From the NCBI RefSeq assembly GCF_009914755.1, contig NC_060926.1: DNA of 64,000 nucleotides. One strand, given 5' to 3'. Within the stretch, counting starts at the first letter, position 1. Every line of letters starts with the position of its first letter. Below, one piece after another: positions 26,586 to 38,749 of the stretch. Both the position numbers and the translations under genes were made by a program. Below the pieces are notes generated by a model. That model searched no databases and was not told where the DNA came from. It saw nothing but the letters and a program-made list of their open reading frames with translations. The DNA comes from the human T2T-CHM13v2.0 reference genome, Homo sapiens.

Positions 26586-27522
26586 TCTAATTGCCCACAC
26601 AAAATTTCCCTAGCTCTTTTCATGTGCTACCTTTAGCAACAACCATGAGAACAGGCACCTTCTTCACAGCAGCAGAATTAGAATTATAAAGAACCGCTCC
26701 AGTTACACGGGCTAAATCACTCCAGTTCTCACCTCAGATCATACTTCTTTTGGAAGTGAGCTGGTTTCTCCTTGCTTAAATCTGTGGGCCAATGCTAATG
26801 CAATTGTATCCGATTAAGGGTAGGATTTACTTTTCTAGCAGAGATAAAAGCTTAAGTCTCCAAACCTCATACCTAAAGGTGTTCTGTCCTCAATTTCCCA
26901 TAAGCTCTATCAACTGAAACCCAATCATTCAACAACCTTTCTGCAAAATGAAATCTTGTGGACTTCTGTTAAATTTACTGGGCTGAGAACATAAATTTAT
27001 ATCTTCTCCTTCCTGTGACCTCCCCTCAAAAAAGTTAAAGGAATAAAGGGGCATAAATCCTCGGAGTCAAATGGAAAAGGGGAATCAGCAGACAAGCAAT
27101 TCCAGCTGACGTTTGACAGGCAGGTCGCACGAAGAAGAGTGGTTTAGCAGAAGGAAGAAAGCCACAGAAGGAAATGCTGTGACACCAGCAGGAAGGGAGA
27201 CACTCTCAAAGTGTCCCTAGAGACACTATGGGAGCCTCATGACTCTAAAAGGACACTCACACCAAACAGGGTGGCAATCAGGGGCTCATTGGAAGTCTAA
27301 GCCCCACTGCCTTGTCCTAGGGTAGCAATGTGATACTGACCCCTAGCTAGGAACCTAGGTCATTTTCTGGAGAATTTGAATGGGAGATGCATGGCACTTC
27401 GTGAATGTGGTGGGCAGGGCTGAACACTGTACAATTGACAGTCTGGAGATAGACACCCAGACCTCCCCACATTGGCCTCCAGATTGGTGCTCACACAATT
27501 TCCCTCTGGAGAAAGCTAATAA

Positions 27523-28124
27523 TGATATAGGAGTTAAGAAATCACTTAGGCAGATAGTAAGGGTATAGGAGTCCTTGGTAAAGCTTTTCTCTTTAATGAA
27601 AAGCAGCCCCAAATAATTTTCTAACAAAGAGCAGCCTGTAAAGTCAAGCTGCAGACATAGACAAGCAAACTGGAAGCTTGCACAGGTGAATGCCCGCAGG
27701 AACTAGGGACCAGCCATGTTCAAGATAGCGGCTCCATCTTCCCTTCTCTTTGTCGGCCACGTTTACAGTAAAGAGCAGACAAGATGGTGCCAATCAACTG
27801 GAAACCCTATTTGCATAATAACATTAGGGTGGGGAGATCAGCCTTCCCTGCATGCTATGTAAACATCATACCTCATGGAACCAATCTGTGAGTCCTAAGT
27901 AAATCAGACACCGCCTTCTGCAGCCTGTCTATAAAATTTGCTGCAGTCCATCAACTCCCCCTTTTTCAGACAGTTCTCTCTTGAAAGGAGCCGCTGTCCT
28001 CTCTCCTTTCTTCTATTAAACTTTCCACTCCTTAACCCACCCGCATGTGTCCGCATCCTGAATTCTTTCTCAGCAAGAGACAATGAACCCAAGGCTATAT
28101 ACCCCACACAACACAGCCGTTTCA
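27523..28124 (+). mobile_element. ERV1 solo LTR, probably LTR9 family (LTR9B-like)
   Basis: TGATATAGGAGTTAAG...GCCGTTTCA with TG/CA termini, CCAAT at about 27881, TATAAAA 27930, ATTAAA 28015; family from memory. Confidence 0.75.
27809..27816 (+). promoter_or_regulatory. POU/OCT octamer in the LTR
   Basis: Perfect ATTTGCAT followed by AATAAC. Confidence 0.5.
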
Positions 28125-28449
28125 ACAGGCTCAGGGGAAGAACAGTCTCCAACTACTGATATTGAGAAGTCTTCTCATGAAATTGCCAACCCAGAGTGGT
28201 GCTCTTAATGTGATGCAACCACCTATGCACACACAGAGGTCCCAGTAGGTAGGTGGGTAGACAGATAGATGATAGACAGATAGGCAGATAGATGAGGTGA
28301 TGCAGTCAGGGTTCTTCAGAGAAACAGAACAAATAACCAAAAATTATACGCATAAACACACATCCACACCTATACACACACACACACCGAATATATGTAT
28401 ATATAAAACTACATATAATATTTTCCTGCAGGTAGATATACAGATGGAG

Positions 28450-29064
28450 ATACATATGTATACATATATATTCATATGTATACATATATATTCATATGTG
28501 TACATATATATTCATATGTATACATATATATTCATATGTGTACATATATATGCATATATAGGCATACATATATATTCACATATAGGTATACATATATTCA
28601 TATATATTCACATATAGGTATACATATATATTCATATATATTCATATATAGGTATACATATATATTCATATATATTCATATATAGGTATACATATATATT
28701 CATATATATTCATATATAGGTATACATATATTCATATATATTCGTATATATGTATACATATATTCGTATATTCATCTATATGTATACATATATTCATATA
28801 TGTTCATCTATATGTATACATATATTCATATATATTCATCTATATGTATACATATATTCATATATATTCATCTATATGTATACAAATATTCATATATATC
28901 ATCTATATGTATACATATATTCATATATATCATCTATATGTATACATATATTCATATATATCATCTATATGTATACATATATTCATATATATTCATCTAT
29001 ATGTATACATCTATATTCACATATATTCATCTATATGTATACATATATATATTCATATATATAT
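28450..29064. repeat. AT-rich compound minisatellite
   Basis: Units TACATATATATTCATATGT(A/G), then TATAGGTATACATATATATTCA..., then TCTATATGTATACATATATTCATATATA(T). Confidence 0.95.
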
Positions 29065-29234
29065 ATTCACCTGTGCAAGCTTCCAGTTTGCTTGTCTATG
29101 TCTGCAGCTTGAGTTTACAGGCTGCTCTTTGTTAGAAAATTATTTGGGGCTGCTTTTCATTAAATAGAAAAGCCTTACCAAGGACTCCTATACCCTTACT
29201 ATCTGCCTAAGTGATTTCTTCTTAACTCCTATAT
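29065..29234 (-). other. inverted templated copy of LTR 5' end (27525-27691)
   Basis: Differs from the donor by 3 substitutions and one 3-bp indel. Confidence 0.9.
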
Positions 29235-29314
29235 ATACATATATATGATGTGTGTGTGTGAGAGAGAGAGAGGGAGGGAGATTTAGGATATACATATATC
29301 CCAAATATTTCTGG

Positions 29315-29547
29315 GTTCGGTATCCCAAATCATTCTGAAATCCAAAATGCTCCAAAATCCAAAACCTTTTGAGCACTGACATGACACTCAAAGGAAATGC
29401 TCACTGGCACATTTTGGATTTCAGATTTTTAGATTTGGGATGTTCAACCAGTAAATATAGGTTAATATTCTAAAATTTTTTTTTAAAAATCAAAATCCAA
29501 AACACTTCAAGTACCAAGCATTTCAGATAAAGGATATTCAATCTGTA
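29315..29547 (+). mobile_element. Tigger4a / MER46A DNA transposon MITE
   Basis: GAAATCCAAAATGCTCCAAAATCC...GACACTCAAAGGAAATGCTCA...GGATATTCAATCTG-TA. Confidence 0.85.
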
Positions 29548-30142
29548 TTATATAGGTATATATTTATTGTATATACATATATATTACTATTAATATATAT
29601 TAATGACATAATTATAATTTATTACATATTAATTTTATATATTATATATATGTATATAAAATGAGGTAAATTATTTAAAAATTGGCTTATGTGATTATGG
29701 AGGCTGAGAAGTCCCATGATCTGTCACCGGAATGCTGGAAAGTCCCACAATCTGTCACCTGAATGCTGTCACCAGGAAAGTCAGTGGTGCAGTTTGAAGG
29801 CCTGAGAACTGGAGAACCAATGATGTAGATTGCAACCAGGTCTGAAGGGCTAAGAAGGATGAGAACTGAGGGCAGGAGCAGATTGATCTTCTAGCTTAGG
29901 CAGTCAGGCAGAGAGCCAGGGAATTCTCCCTTTCTCCAGTTTTTGTTCTACTTAGGTTCCCAATGGATGGGAGGATGCCTGTCCACGTTAAGGAGGGCCA
30001 TCGGCTTTACTCAGTCTACTAACTCAAATGTGAATCTCTTCTGGAAACACCCTCACAAACACCTCCAGAAATATGTTGAACCAGATATCTGGGCTGGGCA
30101 TTCCATGGCCCAGTCAAATTGACCCATAAAATTAACCATCAC

Positions 30143-30225
30143 GGATGGATGGATGGATGGACAGACGGACGGACGGACGGATGGATGGACATATAGATGG
30201 AGATGACAGATGATGGATAGACAGG
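30143..30225. repeat. (GGAT)/(GGAC) tetranucleotide repeat
   Basis: GGATGGATGGATGGATGGACAGACGGACGGACGGACGG; a related (AGAT)-type tract lies at 28245-28295 on the other side of the MLT2. Confidence 0.85.
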
Positions 30226-30279
30226 TATAGGATTGGCATCCCAGAGTTGAAGAAAAGTCGCTAACACAAAAGACAGAAA

Positions 30280-31900
30280 ACTAGAAAGCATAAGAAAGGA
30301 GACACAATGGAGAGAACAGAAGAAAACATCAAAAATATCTTAATTAATGTATTCAGTGTTATGACTAAATATTTCATCAATAAAACATCCAGCTCAGAAA
30401 CACTGGAGAACAGAAAAAATATATCAGAAATTAAAAGCATGATAGCATATATGTAAAAATTTAATAAATGGTTGGAAAATAAAATTTAAGAAATCTCTCA
30501 TGAAGTAAGATAAAAAGACAAAAAGATGGATTTATGTGAGAACGTGTTAGAGACCTAAACAATTAATCCAGGCGGTGTAACATCTTACCTAACGTTTTCC
30601 AGAAAAACAGATAAAGAAAACAAGTGGAAGTTATTACAGAAAAAAGTAATTCAAGAACATTTCCCATATTTTAAAATAAAAACATAAATTATAAGCTAGA
30701 ATGGGCTGGCTGGATGCCTAACACAAGGACTGGTAAAAGTCTACAAGGCTGGACATCTTAATAAAATCTCAGAACATTAGAGGTGAAGAAAACAAAGTTC
30801 AAGATTCCAAAGAATGGGGGAAGTGGAGGAAGTATCCTTACCACATCCAAAAGAATGAGATCAGAATGAGACAGGATTTCTTAACAACAATTCTGAATGG
30901 CAAACTCAAAGTAAGATTATACTTCCTAGGAGCAAATGCTGATTTTAAAAATTCTAAAGGAATTCTCTACCTAGCCAAGCTCCTAATCAAGTGTGGAAGC
31001 TGATTAAAGATATTTTGAGGTGTAGAAGAATGCCAAAGGTTTTCCTCTGATGCACTCTTTCTTTGGAAGCTGCTGGAGGGTGTGATCCAGCAAAACAAGA
31101 AAATAAATCAAGAAAGAGCCCCAGGAAACAGATTCAAGGAGGAAGAGCAGAGCAGAGAAGTCCTAGAAAGACAGAGAGTGGCAATGATGCCTGGGGGCTT
31201 CAGGAAAACAGCTGGCTGGAGAGAGTGGATGCCCTTGGAAGATTATGCAACAGCTCATCAGGAAAGAATTGAGGATATTTGTTTAGAAAATTGAACATGG
31301 GGGAGGAAAATAAGCAATTATTAAATCAAGGAAAAACAAAAAGATAACAAAGAATATAATGCTGGTTGCCTACTTGGTTCTACCAAGAACAATATTCATA
31401 CATTCAAATACCATGGTAAGTGATATGATAAAACATCTGGGGAAAAAAAGGTAGCAAAAATGACTGCATTAACACAAGACAAAACAAAAGCAGGATGCAA
31501 TCACAGTGCATGACATGCTTCTACAAAGAACAATATTCATGCAGTTTAATGATATAAGCACTGATTACAGATTTAACTACAACAGTGACATAACAATACA
31601 GGAAGGAAGAGAGCTGAGAAGGGGTGGAAAATGAGAGCTAAATCCTTACACATAAGCAAAAGAGGCCATTAACTGATGTCTGAAATTGGTGAATTAATTA
31701 TGGCAACACAGTCACAGCATTTAACCAAGTCTGAAATCTCCCAGAAAAGTTGGAAATGGTTTCTTCTTGGGAGGCTTACTGGGCAAAGAGCACGGTGTGG
31801 CCAGTATCATTGAAGTTGTATTTTGTTATTTGATATTAAAGTGTTATTTTATTCTTCAGACTAAGTACATGTATCATTTTTAGTAAACATTAAATGTAAA
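30280..31900 (+). mobile_element. HAL1 / ancient L1 ORF1-like element
   Basis: AAGAAATCTCTCATGAAGTAAGATAAAAAGACAAAAAGATGG and TGCACTCTTTCTTTGGAAGCTGCTGGAGGGTGTGATCCAGCAAAAC resemble HAL1. Confidence 0.6.
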
Positions 31901-31947
31901 AAGAGCAAAGTTGCCATGTTTTGGAATACCTTTCCTAACTAGGCCAG

Positions 31948-32325
31948 CGATACGGTTTGGATTTCACTCCCACCCAAATCTCATCTAGAATTGTCATTCC
32001 CAGTGTTGGAAGAGGGGTCTGGTGGGAGGTGATTGGGTCATGGGGGCATATTTCCCCTTTGCTGCTCTCATGATACCAAGTGAGTTCGCACGAGGTCTGG
32101 TTGTTTAAAAGTGTGAAGCACCTCCCCCTTCACTTCCTCCTCCTCTGGCGTGTAGGACATACCTGTTTCCCCTTCACCTTCCACCATGATTGTAAGTTTC
32201 CTGAGGCTTCTCCAGCCATGCTTTCTGTACAGCACGTGGAACCATGAACCAGTTAAACCTCTTCTCTTTATAAATTACCCAGTTTCAGGTATTTCTTTAT
32301 AGCAGTGCGAGAACAGACTAATACA
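31948..32325 (+). mobile_element. MSTA (ERVL-MaLR) solo LTR
   Basis: (T>C)GATACGGTTTGGAT...GAACAGACTAATACA with 5-bp TSD GCCAG at 31943-31947 and 32326-32330. Confidence 0.9.
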
Positions 32326-32394
32326 GCCAGCCATGCCAGCACCATAGTCGGGCCGAGTGTGTGGCTGCTGTGCAATTGTTTACTCCATTCCGAT

Positions 32395-32565
32395 TTACAA
32401 AATGCTCTCCTATATGTTTATGTTATTTAATTTTCATAATAGTCCTGCAAGGTTGGTAGTATTTTCTTATTTACAGATAAGGCACAGAGTTCGGAATGCA
32501 GGAATGGCACATCCGGGGCTATATCACAGAGCTGGGGTTTTATCTCGAGTCTGCAGCTTTAATCC
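32395..32565 (-). mobile_element. MIR fragment
   Basis: TTATTTAATTTTCATAATAGTCCTGCAAGGTTGG...TTACAGATAAGGCACAGAG. Confidence 0.55.
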
Positions 32566-33140
32566 TGCCTTCCTGGGATTGAAACACTGCAATTCATTCA
32601 GTGGGAGCCACAGTTCTGGAGAGGAAACATTTTGCTATTCCAAGAAACAGGTGCCAAGAAAATTTCATAAATTTAATTGTCTAGCCCGGTCATATTTCAT
32701 GTCACTGGACCTTAATCCATCCATTCTCCAGACCTTGGTTCCACCACGACTGACCCTCCAGAGCCTCTGTGTGACCCCATATAAGTCACAGCCGAGGAAA
32801 GCCAAGGCTTTCCCACTGCCACCTCTAAGTGAGCTCTCACCATAGTTACCAACCAGTCCTTTCCCTTATTTTCAAATGAATCTCACTTCCTTTCATAAGA
32901 TTTGATCCTAGATTCAACTTTCTCGGGCGCCACTTGCCTTTCTAATATTCAGAATTAACATAATTAAATATATAACCTATTCCCCAAACTGCCTCCTATT
33001 TTATCCAACATCACCCCATGGGTGGCTCGACTCCGATACTAAGTAACAGTGGATCCTTCCCAGGCTGTGGCTATTTTATGCCCTGAAAATTCTGTCTCAG
33101 CCTCACAGTGCTCAGAAGATATTGTTCACAATTTGGTAAA

Positions 33141-33242
33141 ATAATAATAATAATAATAAAGCAAACAACCTGGAGATAATAATAATAATAATAAAGCAAA
33201 CAAACTGGAGATAATAATAATAATAAAGCAAACAACCTGGAG
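33141..33242. repeat. 3-copy 35/35/32-bp minisatellite
   Basis: (ATA)n-AAGCAAACAA(C/A)CTGGAG three times. Confidence 0.95.
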
Positions 33243-34273
33243 ATGGTGATGAGCAGGGACTCGGAGTCCTTTGTGGGGATGCACAGCCTGATGAAAGCCA
33301 CAGCAAGCAATTAATGGCAGCCAAGGTCTTTGGAAATTTTTTATAGCTCTAGTACCCTTGAGTGACTGCATTGGAAAATTGGTCATTCTGTGGGGATTAA
33401 TGAACAATTTTCTATCAGAGTGCAAGGTGCATTCTTGAAGAAAAGAATGACAAAAAGAATTCAATTCCCAGTGGATTCCATTTCACAATCCATTTCATTC
33501 TGCATATTGAGAAGGAAATTTGGGAATATCATCATCTGCCAAGAAGAACACTCTCATTTATTTTCTCCCCAAATAAGAAAAACCAACCAATGACCCACGA
33601 ACAGCTGGGTGTCCAGGCTCCAAGTGACCAATCACAGCAGCCCCAGCGACACAATGTAAAACATCCCGTGCAGGGCTGCGGGCCACTGGCCTCATTCAGG
33701 TTTGTTAGACAAATAAGCGCCCGCAATAAGGCAATTAGGCTTCGTTTAAGTCAGTCACAACTGATTAATTCGGATTGTCGCTGAGCAGGTATTCCCTTAA
33801 AAAGCATGAAGATTCAGAAAGAAGTGTCAGTTTTGAGAAATCTAATTATGGGCATGAATGGTATGTCACACTAGAAAACCAAAATGAAGTTTTCATGATA
33901 TAAAATTGTTCACTGCAAAGAAAATCTGTAATTGTATTTACAATTAAAATACTATTACCTAAAACAATTATCTTAAAAGTATTCTCCACTCCTTCCAATG
34001 CTCATTTATTTCCCAGAGATAAAATATAATACAGTAAAATTAATATTTTAATTAATAGTTTAGCATTTTATAATAATATTTTATTAAATAGAAACTTGTT
34101 TTGAATCTCAAATGGATGAAATGTAGGCCTTCAGTACGCAATGGAAGAAAATTCAAAATTTTTGCTAAGAATTAATTTTCTTCTTGAATGGTAATTTTTT
34201 TCTTTTATACAGGCATTTATTCTAAGACATGACTATAAAATAGGAAAAAAAACAAGCATTAAGAGTGGAATTC

Positions 34274-34572
34274 GGCAGAGCACAGTGGCTCACACCTGTA
34301 ATCCCAGCACTTTGGGAGGCCAAGGCAGGTGGATCATGAGGTCAGGAGATTGAGACCATCCTGGCTAACACGGTGAAACCCTGTCTCTACTAAAAAAATA
34401 CAAAAAAATTAGCTGGGTGTGGTGGCAGGGGCCTGTAGTCCCAGCTACTCAGGAGGCTGAGGCAGGAGAATGGTGTGAACCCGGGAGGCAGAGCTTGCAG
34501 TGAGCCCAGATCGCGCCACTGCATTCCAGCCTGGGTGACAGAGCGAGACCCTGCCTCGAAAAAAAAAAAAAA
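34274..34572 (+). mobile_element. AluY-type
   Basis: GAGACCATCCTGGCTAACACGGTGAAAC and GAATGGTGTGAACCCGGGAGGCAGAGCTTGCAG diagnostics; TSD AAGA(G/A)TGGAATTC. Confidence 0.95.
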
Positions 34573-34885
34573 GAATGGAATTCAACCCAAGAAAAATGGA
34601 CACAATCTATGAATAGACAATTCAGGACAGAGGAAATGCAACTGATAGATATGTTCCCATGAAAAGACACCCGACTGCTCGAGGAATCCGAAAAGAAAGA
34701 GGCATGCTTATCATCAGATGAACCCATGTCTTTAAAATCTTTACTCATTCCAGGACTGACACGGGTGCAGGCAAATGAACACAACCAGATGTGCTGATCA
34801 GAGGACGGCCTTGGAGACTGACCTGGCAACACCCATTCATCTCAACATTGCACACAGCGTTTGACCTGCCCATTCACCTAGTGAC

Positions 34886-35068
34886 ATTTTTTCTTTTTTT
34901 TTCCTTTTTCTTTTTTTTTAACAGAGTCTCGCTCTTTCATCCAGGCTGGAATACAGAAGTGGTGCGATCTCAGCTCACTGCAACCTCCACTGCCTGGGTT
35001 CAAGCGATTCTCCTGCCTCAGCCTCCTGAGTAGCTGGGATTACAGGCACCTGCCACCACACCTGGCTA
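34886..35068 (-). mobile_element. truncated Alu (right arm)
   Basis: T-rich tail, ACAGAGTCTCGCTCT...GCCACCACACCTGGCTA; CTAGTGA on both sides. Confidence 0.9.
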
Positions 35069-35667
35069 GTGAGATCTTTTTCAAAGCCCCAACATGTGTA
35101 TGCAGACAGACACGTACACATCTATGTATAGATATGTGTGGATGTCTGTGTATGCACAGTGTGTGTGTATATATATCTATATGGAGAGATCAAATGTGAA
35201 ATTGTTCATGAGAAAAAAATAAAAATAAAATGCTAAAAACAATCTGAATGCTGAATAAATTATATGACATCTATATATATTAAGTTGTATATTTCAGGCT
35301 GTAAAAATTCAAACAGCACAAAAGAGCTTAAGAATAGAAATGTTTTAAGAGCACCAAAGATCTCCCAGAAGTACGCCAGCATCTCTGCCCTCAAACTTCA
35401 GTGGTCAAAGGTGACACTGCCAGTTCCTAAACCAGCCACCGTCGGAGAGGGAGTACCCGTATAAAAAAAGCCATCTCTCAATCCACAGTTTGGAGGATCA
35501 AGCTGTTATGTTTATGAGCCATGGCTTTGTCTGCACATAACATTGCTATTAGCACAAACGTATTGCCATGTCCTTAAACGGGAATTTGATACCATTTTTT
35601 TGTCAGGAGAGTTTTTTCCTTCAAAGAACACAAGGTTCTTTATGAAAGCCCAACCTGATTTGGGGAC

Positions 35668-35675
35668 TGACGTCA
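35668..35675. promoter_or_regulatory. palindromic CRE
   Basis: TGACGTCA with intact CpG in unique sequence; motif only. Confidence 0.3.
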
Positions 35676-36949
35676 TGAGAGCCATCCCTAGTTTGAAAGA
35701 AGAGAGCGACAGCAATGCTAGGGGATGGTGCAACTTTCAGTCAAACTGAGTTTTTGTTACTATTGATGTTTTTGAAACAAACAAACAAATCTCTGTGAAG
35801 TAACTGAAGAATAAATGGTCTAAATCAGAGAAGAACCAAAGACGCTGTACATTCACCTACCTGCTGATGTAAATGTGTAAATTTCCTCTGGAGTTTGGAC
35901 TCAACAGAGTCTGGAGTATTAGAACAGCCCCTCTGCTCCAGCCGAGAACTTTGGGAGATGCAGGAGGAAGAAAAAGCAGTGGGGCAAAAACCCACTTAGA
36001 AAAACAAAAGGCTAAGTATATTTGGAGAATAAACTGTCAGAAATTTGTGACCAACATTTTGCCTGAATATGGTCTCAGATTTTTTAATTCAGATTTTTCT
36101 ACATATTAATAACATAATAACTCAAGTCATCATTTTAGACTAAGAAAACAGTTTTTCCTGCTTCGAAACCTTCTAAGTGAACATGACTTCCCACAGAACC
36201 AGAAGGACGCTGTGAGCTTCCTCCACTCTTCTCCCTGCCAGTAGGTGGTGAGGTTTTCTTAGCTACTGACCACGTTCTGCCCCATCTCCCTGCCCAGACA
36301 TACTGGGTTCGCTCTCAGTTCCGCATGCTTTTGCATCAAATTAAATTAACCGGTTGGATGCTGACAGGCCACAAATCAATAGTAGACGGAAATCCTTTAA
36401 GATTCATGGGCGAGTTCTCTCTCGGGAGGGCAGTCTTGAGGATGCACAAGCTTGCCTGCCAGGATACATGGAGATGGGTTTGTTCTGGTTTTCGATTCCC
36501 CCCTGCTCACTGCGTGACCTCTTCAGATGTTAGCCATGCTCACTAATTCAGGCTCAAAAGACAATGGAGGGAGGGCGTGTGAACAATGTGATTTACCAAC
36601 AGGGATGATGGAGAAAGGAAGAGACTGTGATCAATGCGAGCTTTACTCTGATCCAGTATCCAAACATGAACACACAAACTAGAGTGACAACTGTACGGGC
36701 AAACTCTCTCAGGTCACCCGGCAGTTCTCCCTACACCCTCCAAAATTTCACAACAGGATAGAGGAGCCCAAATATGAATTAAAATGTCCTTGCCTCAGAC
36801 AAGTAGGCAAATAAAAGCCACTGTCCACCATATCCTGTGAAGGTTCACAGGCATTTATTGTGTGCCTGTGGGAACAGATACTATTTAACCAACCACATTA
36901 ACGAATTCCTGCCTATGGGAGCCACACAAAGTGAGGAATGCCTGTATTC

Positions 36950-38745
36950 TGTCTTTCTTGTTTACTTCCATCTAATTTATAGTTCGATCTTGTGTATGTT
37001 CGTGTGTTTCTAATACCACTTAGCCTGCATTTTCTCTTTTTATTTAAATCAACATTTTTATTTTTATTTTTGGAAAAACTAATTTTTAAGCCATCTCTAG
37101 TGATGTGTTATTTTCTATTGTATTCCTCTTGCTTTTATATTTGTTATGTTCTCCTTTGTGCTTTATTTGAAATTAATTCGATTGTTTATTTTCTTTAATT
37201 GAAGTCTATTAATAATTTTTTGAATATTTGTACTTAAAACTAAGAACTTTCCTTTGCTATTTAGATGCCTAGTGCATTTGTTATTGTTCAATACAAAGAA
37301 TTTCACTTTTTATTCAATTGTATTTTTAAAAATAAATTATTTTGAATTATTTTCACAATAAAAATTCTATTTGTTTATAATAGATATAAATTTAAATTAA
37401 TATAATATAAATACTAGATATATGTCAATATATATCGATATCTACAATAGATATAAACCATGTTCCATGGAAAAACAATGACTAAATAAAAGCATAGTGA
37501 AGAATATTTTTAAAAATACTTGAATGTCACCACTTTTAAATGACCATCTTCTATGTTGCTAATTATCCATCACATACCACCTTCCCATGTTCTTATGCAC
37601 ATGCACTCATGTACACGTGTGCACACACAAGCAAATGGAATCATATCATGACCATTATGATTTTTAATAATTATAAGCTTGATTTTCAAATGTGTGATTT
37701 GGGGGACAAAATGGTATTTCACCTTTTATCTCTAATTGTATTGTGCCATTGTCAGCAATGATGATCTTTATTATATAAATTTCTTGAATTTATTGAGAAT
37801 TCCTTTGTGGCCCACTTATGAATAGTTTTTTAAATCTTCTATTTATTAATGAATATATGCATTATTTGTTATTTGCACATGTGTGTATACAATCAAGATT
37901 AGTTGTATTATTTAATAATCTACAGCTCTACTTTTTGTCACCCTCTTCTATCAGTGAGCCTTAGTAATCACTCCCACTCTGATTACTGATTTTTCAACTT
38001 CTACTTGTAATTGTGTTGAATTATGTCATACAGTTTGCAAGATTGCAAAGTTAGGTTCACACAAGGTTGTAATTGCAGTGTGTTACTGACAGATTATTGC
38101 TCTTATCATCTATTATATGCATAACTTTTCCTAAAAATATACTTTATTCCATAACATAGCTACATTAATTTTGTTTCAGATGATATTTTTCTGTATGCAT
38201 TTTCCTAAGATTTTATCCTCAACCTTTAAGTGTAACTGTGCTTTAAGCATGCCTTACAAATTGCATATGGCAGGATTTTTTCAATATCAAGTCTCTTGTC
38301 TCTTAAGAAGTGAATTTTATCTGTTTTCACTTACCATGATTACTGATAAATTTCTACCACCTTATTCTGTGTTCTCCATGTATTATCTTTAATTTTTCTA
38401 CTGTACTTCTTTTTTCTGCCTTCTATTAGGTAAGTCATCGTCTTTTCAATCCCTATTTTTCCTCCACTTCCCTAAAAGTATTATATTCCTTTCTATTATT
38501 TTAGTGATTACTTTTATTTTTTCCAACTTCCATATTTTTTGTATTTGCTAACAAAATATAAAGTTAGTCGATTTTCATACACTGTCGCCAAACAAAAACT
38601 TACGAATCCATAATTTTCCTACAAAACCCCTCTCCCAAATTTCACATTACTGTTGTCTAATGTGTATTTTCAATCCATCTTGCTTTAAAATTATGAAAAA
38701 ATACCTATAACACTTTCACAGCAATATGATTTTACTCATGTTTAT
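36950..38745 (-). mobile_element. very old AT-rich L1ME-type fragments
   Basis: T-rich tract with TTTATTGAGAATTCCTTTGTGGCCC and similar antisense L1 ORF2 remnants. Confidence 0.45.
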
Positions 38746-38749
38746 CCAA

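Larger units (their letters stand above)
28298..30142 (-). mobile_element. MLT2 (ERVL) LTR, expanded by a VNTR, an LTR-derived insert and a Tigger MITE
   Basis: CAGTCAGGGTTCTTCAGAGAAACAGAAC start; resumes ATTGGCTTATGTGATTATGGAGGCTGAGAAGTCCC at 29681; ends TTGACCCATAAAATTAACCATCAC. Confidence 0.85.

Noticed and set aside
28297-29167. Tyr/Ile/His-rich ORFs
   Set aside because: Artefacts of the TA-rich VNTR.
27523-29234. Two-LTR provirus remnant
   Set aside because: The second copy is partial and inverted; proviral LTRs are direct repeats, and no PBS or internal genes are visible.
33141-33242. CRISPR-like appearance of spaced repeats
   Set aside because: Spacers are identical (ATA)n tracts, there are no cas genes, and the DNA is primate; it is a minisatellite.
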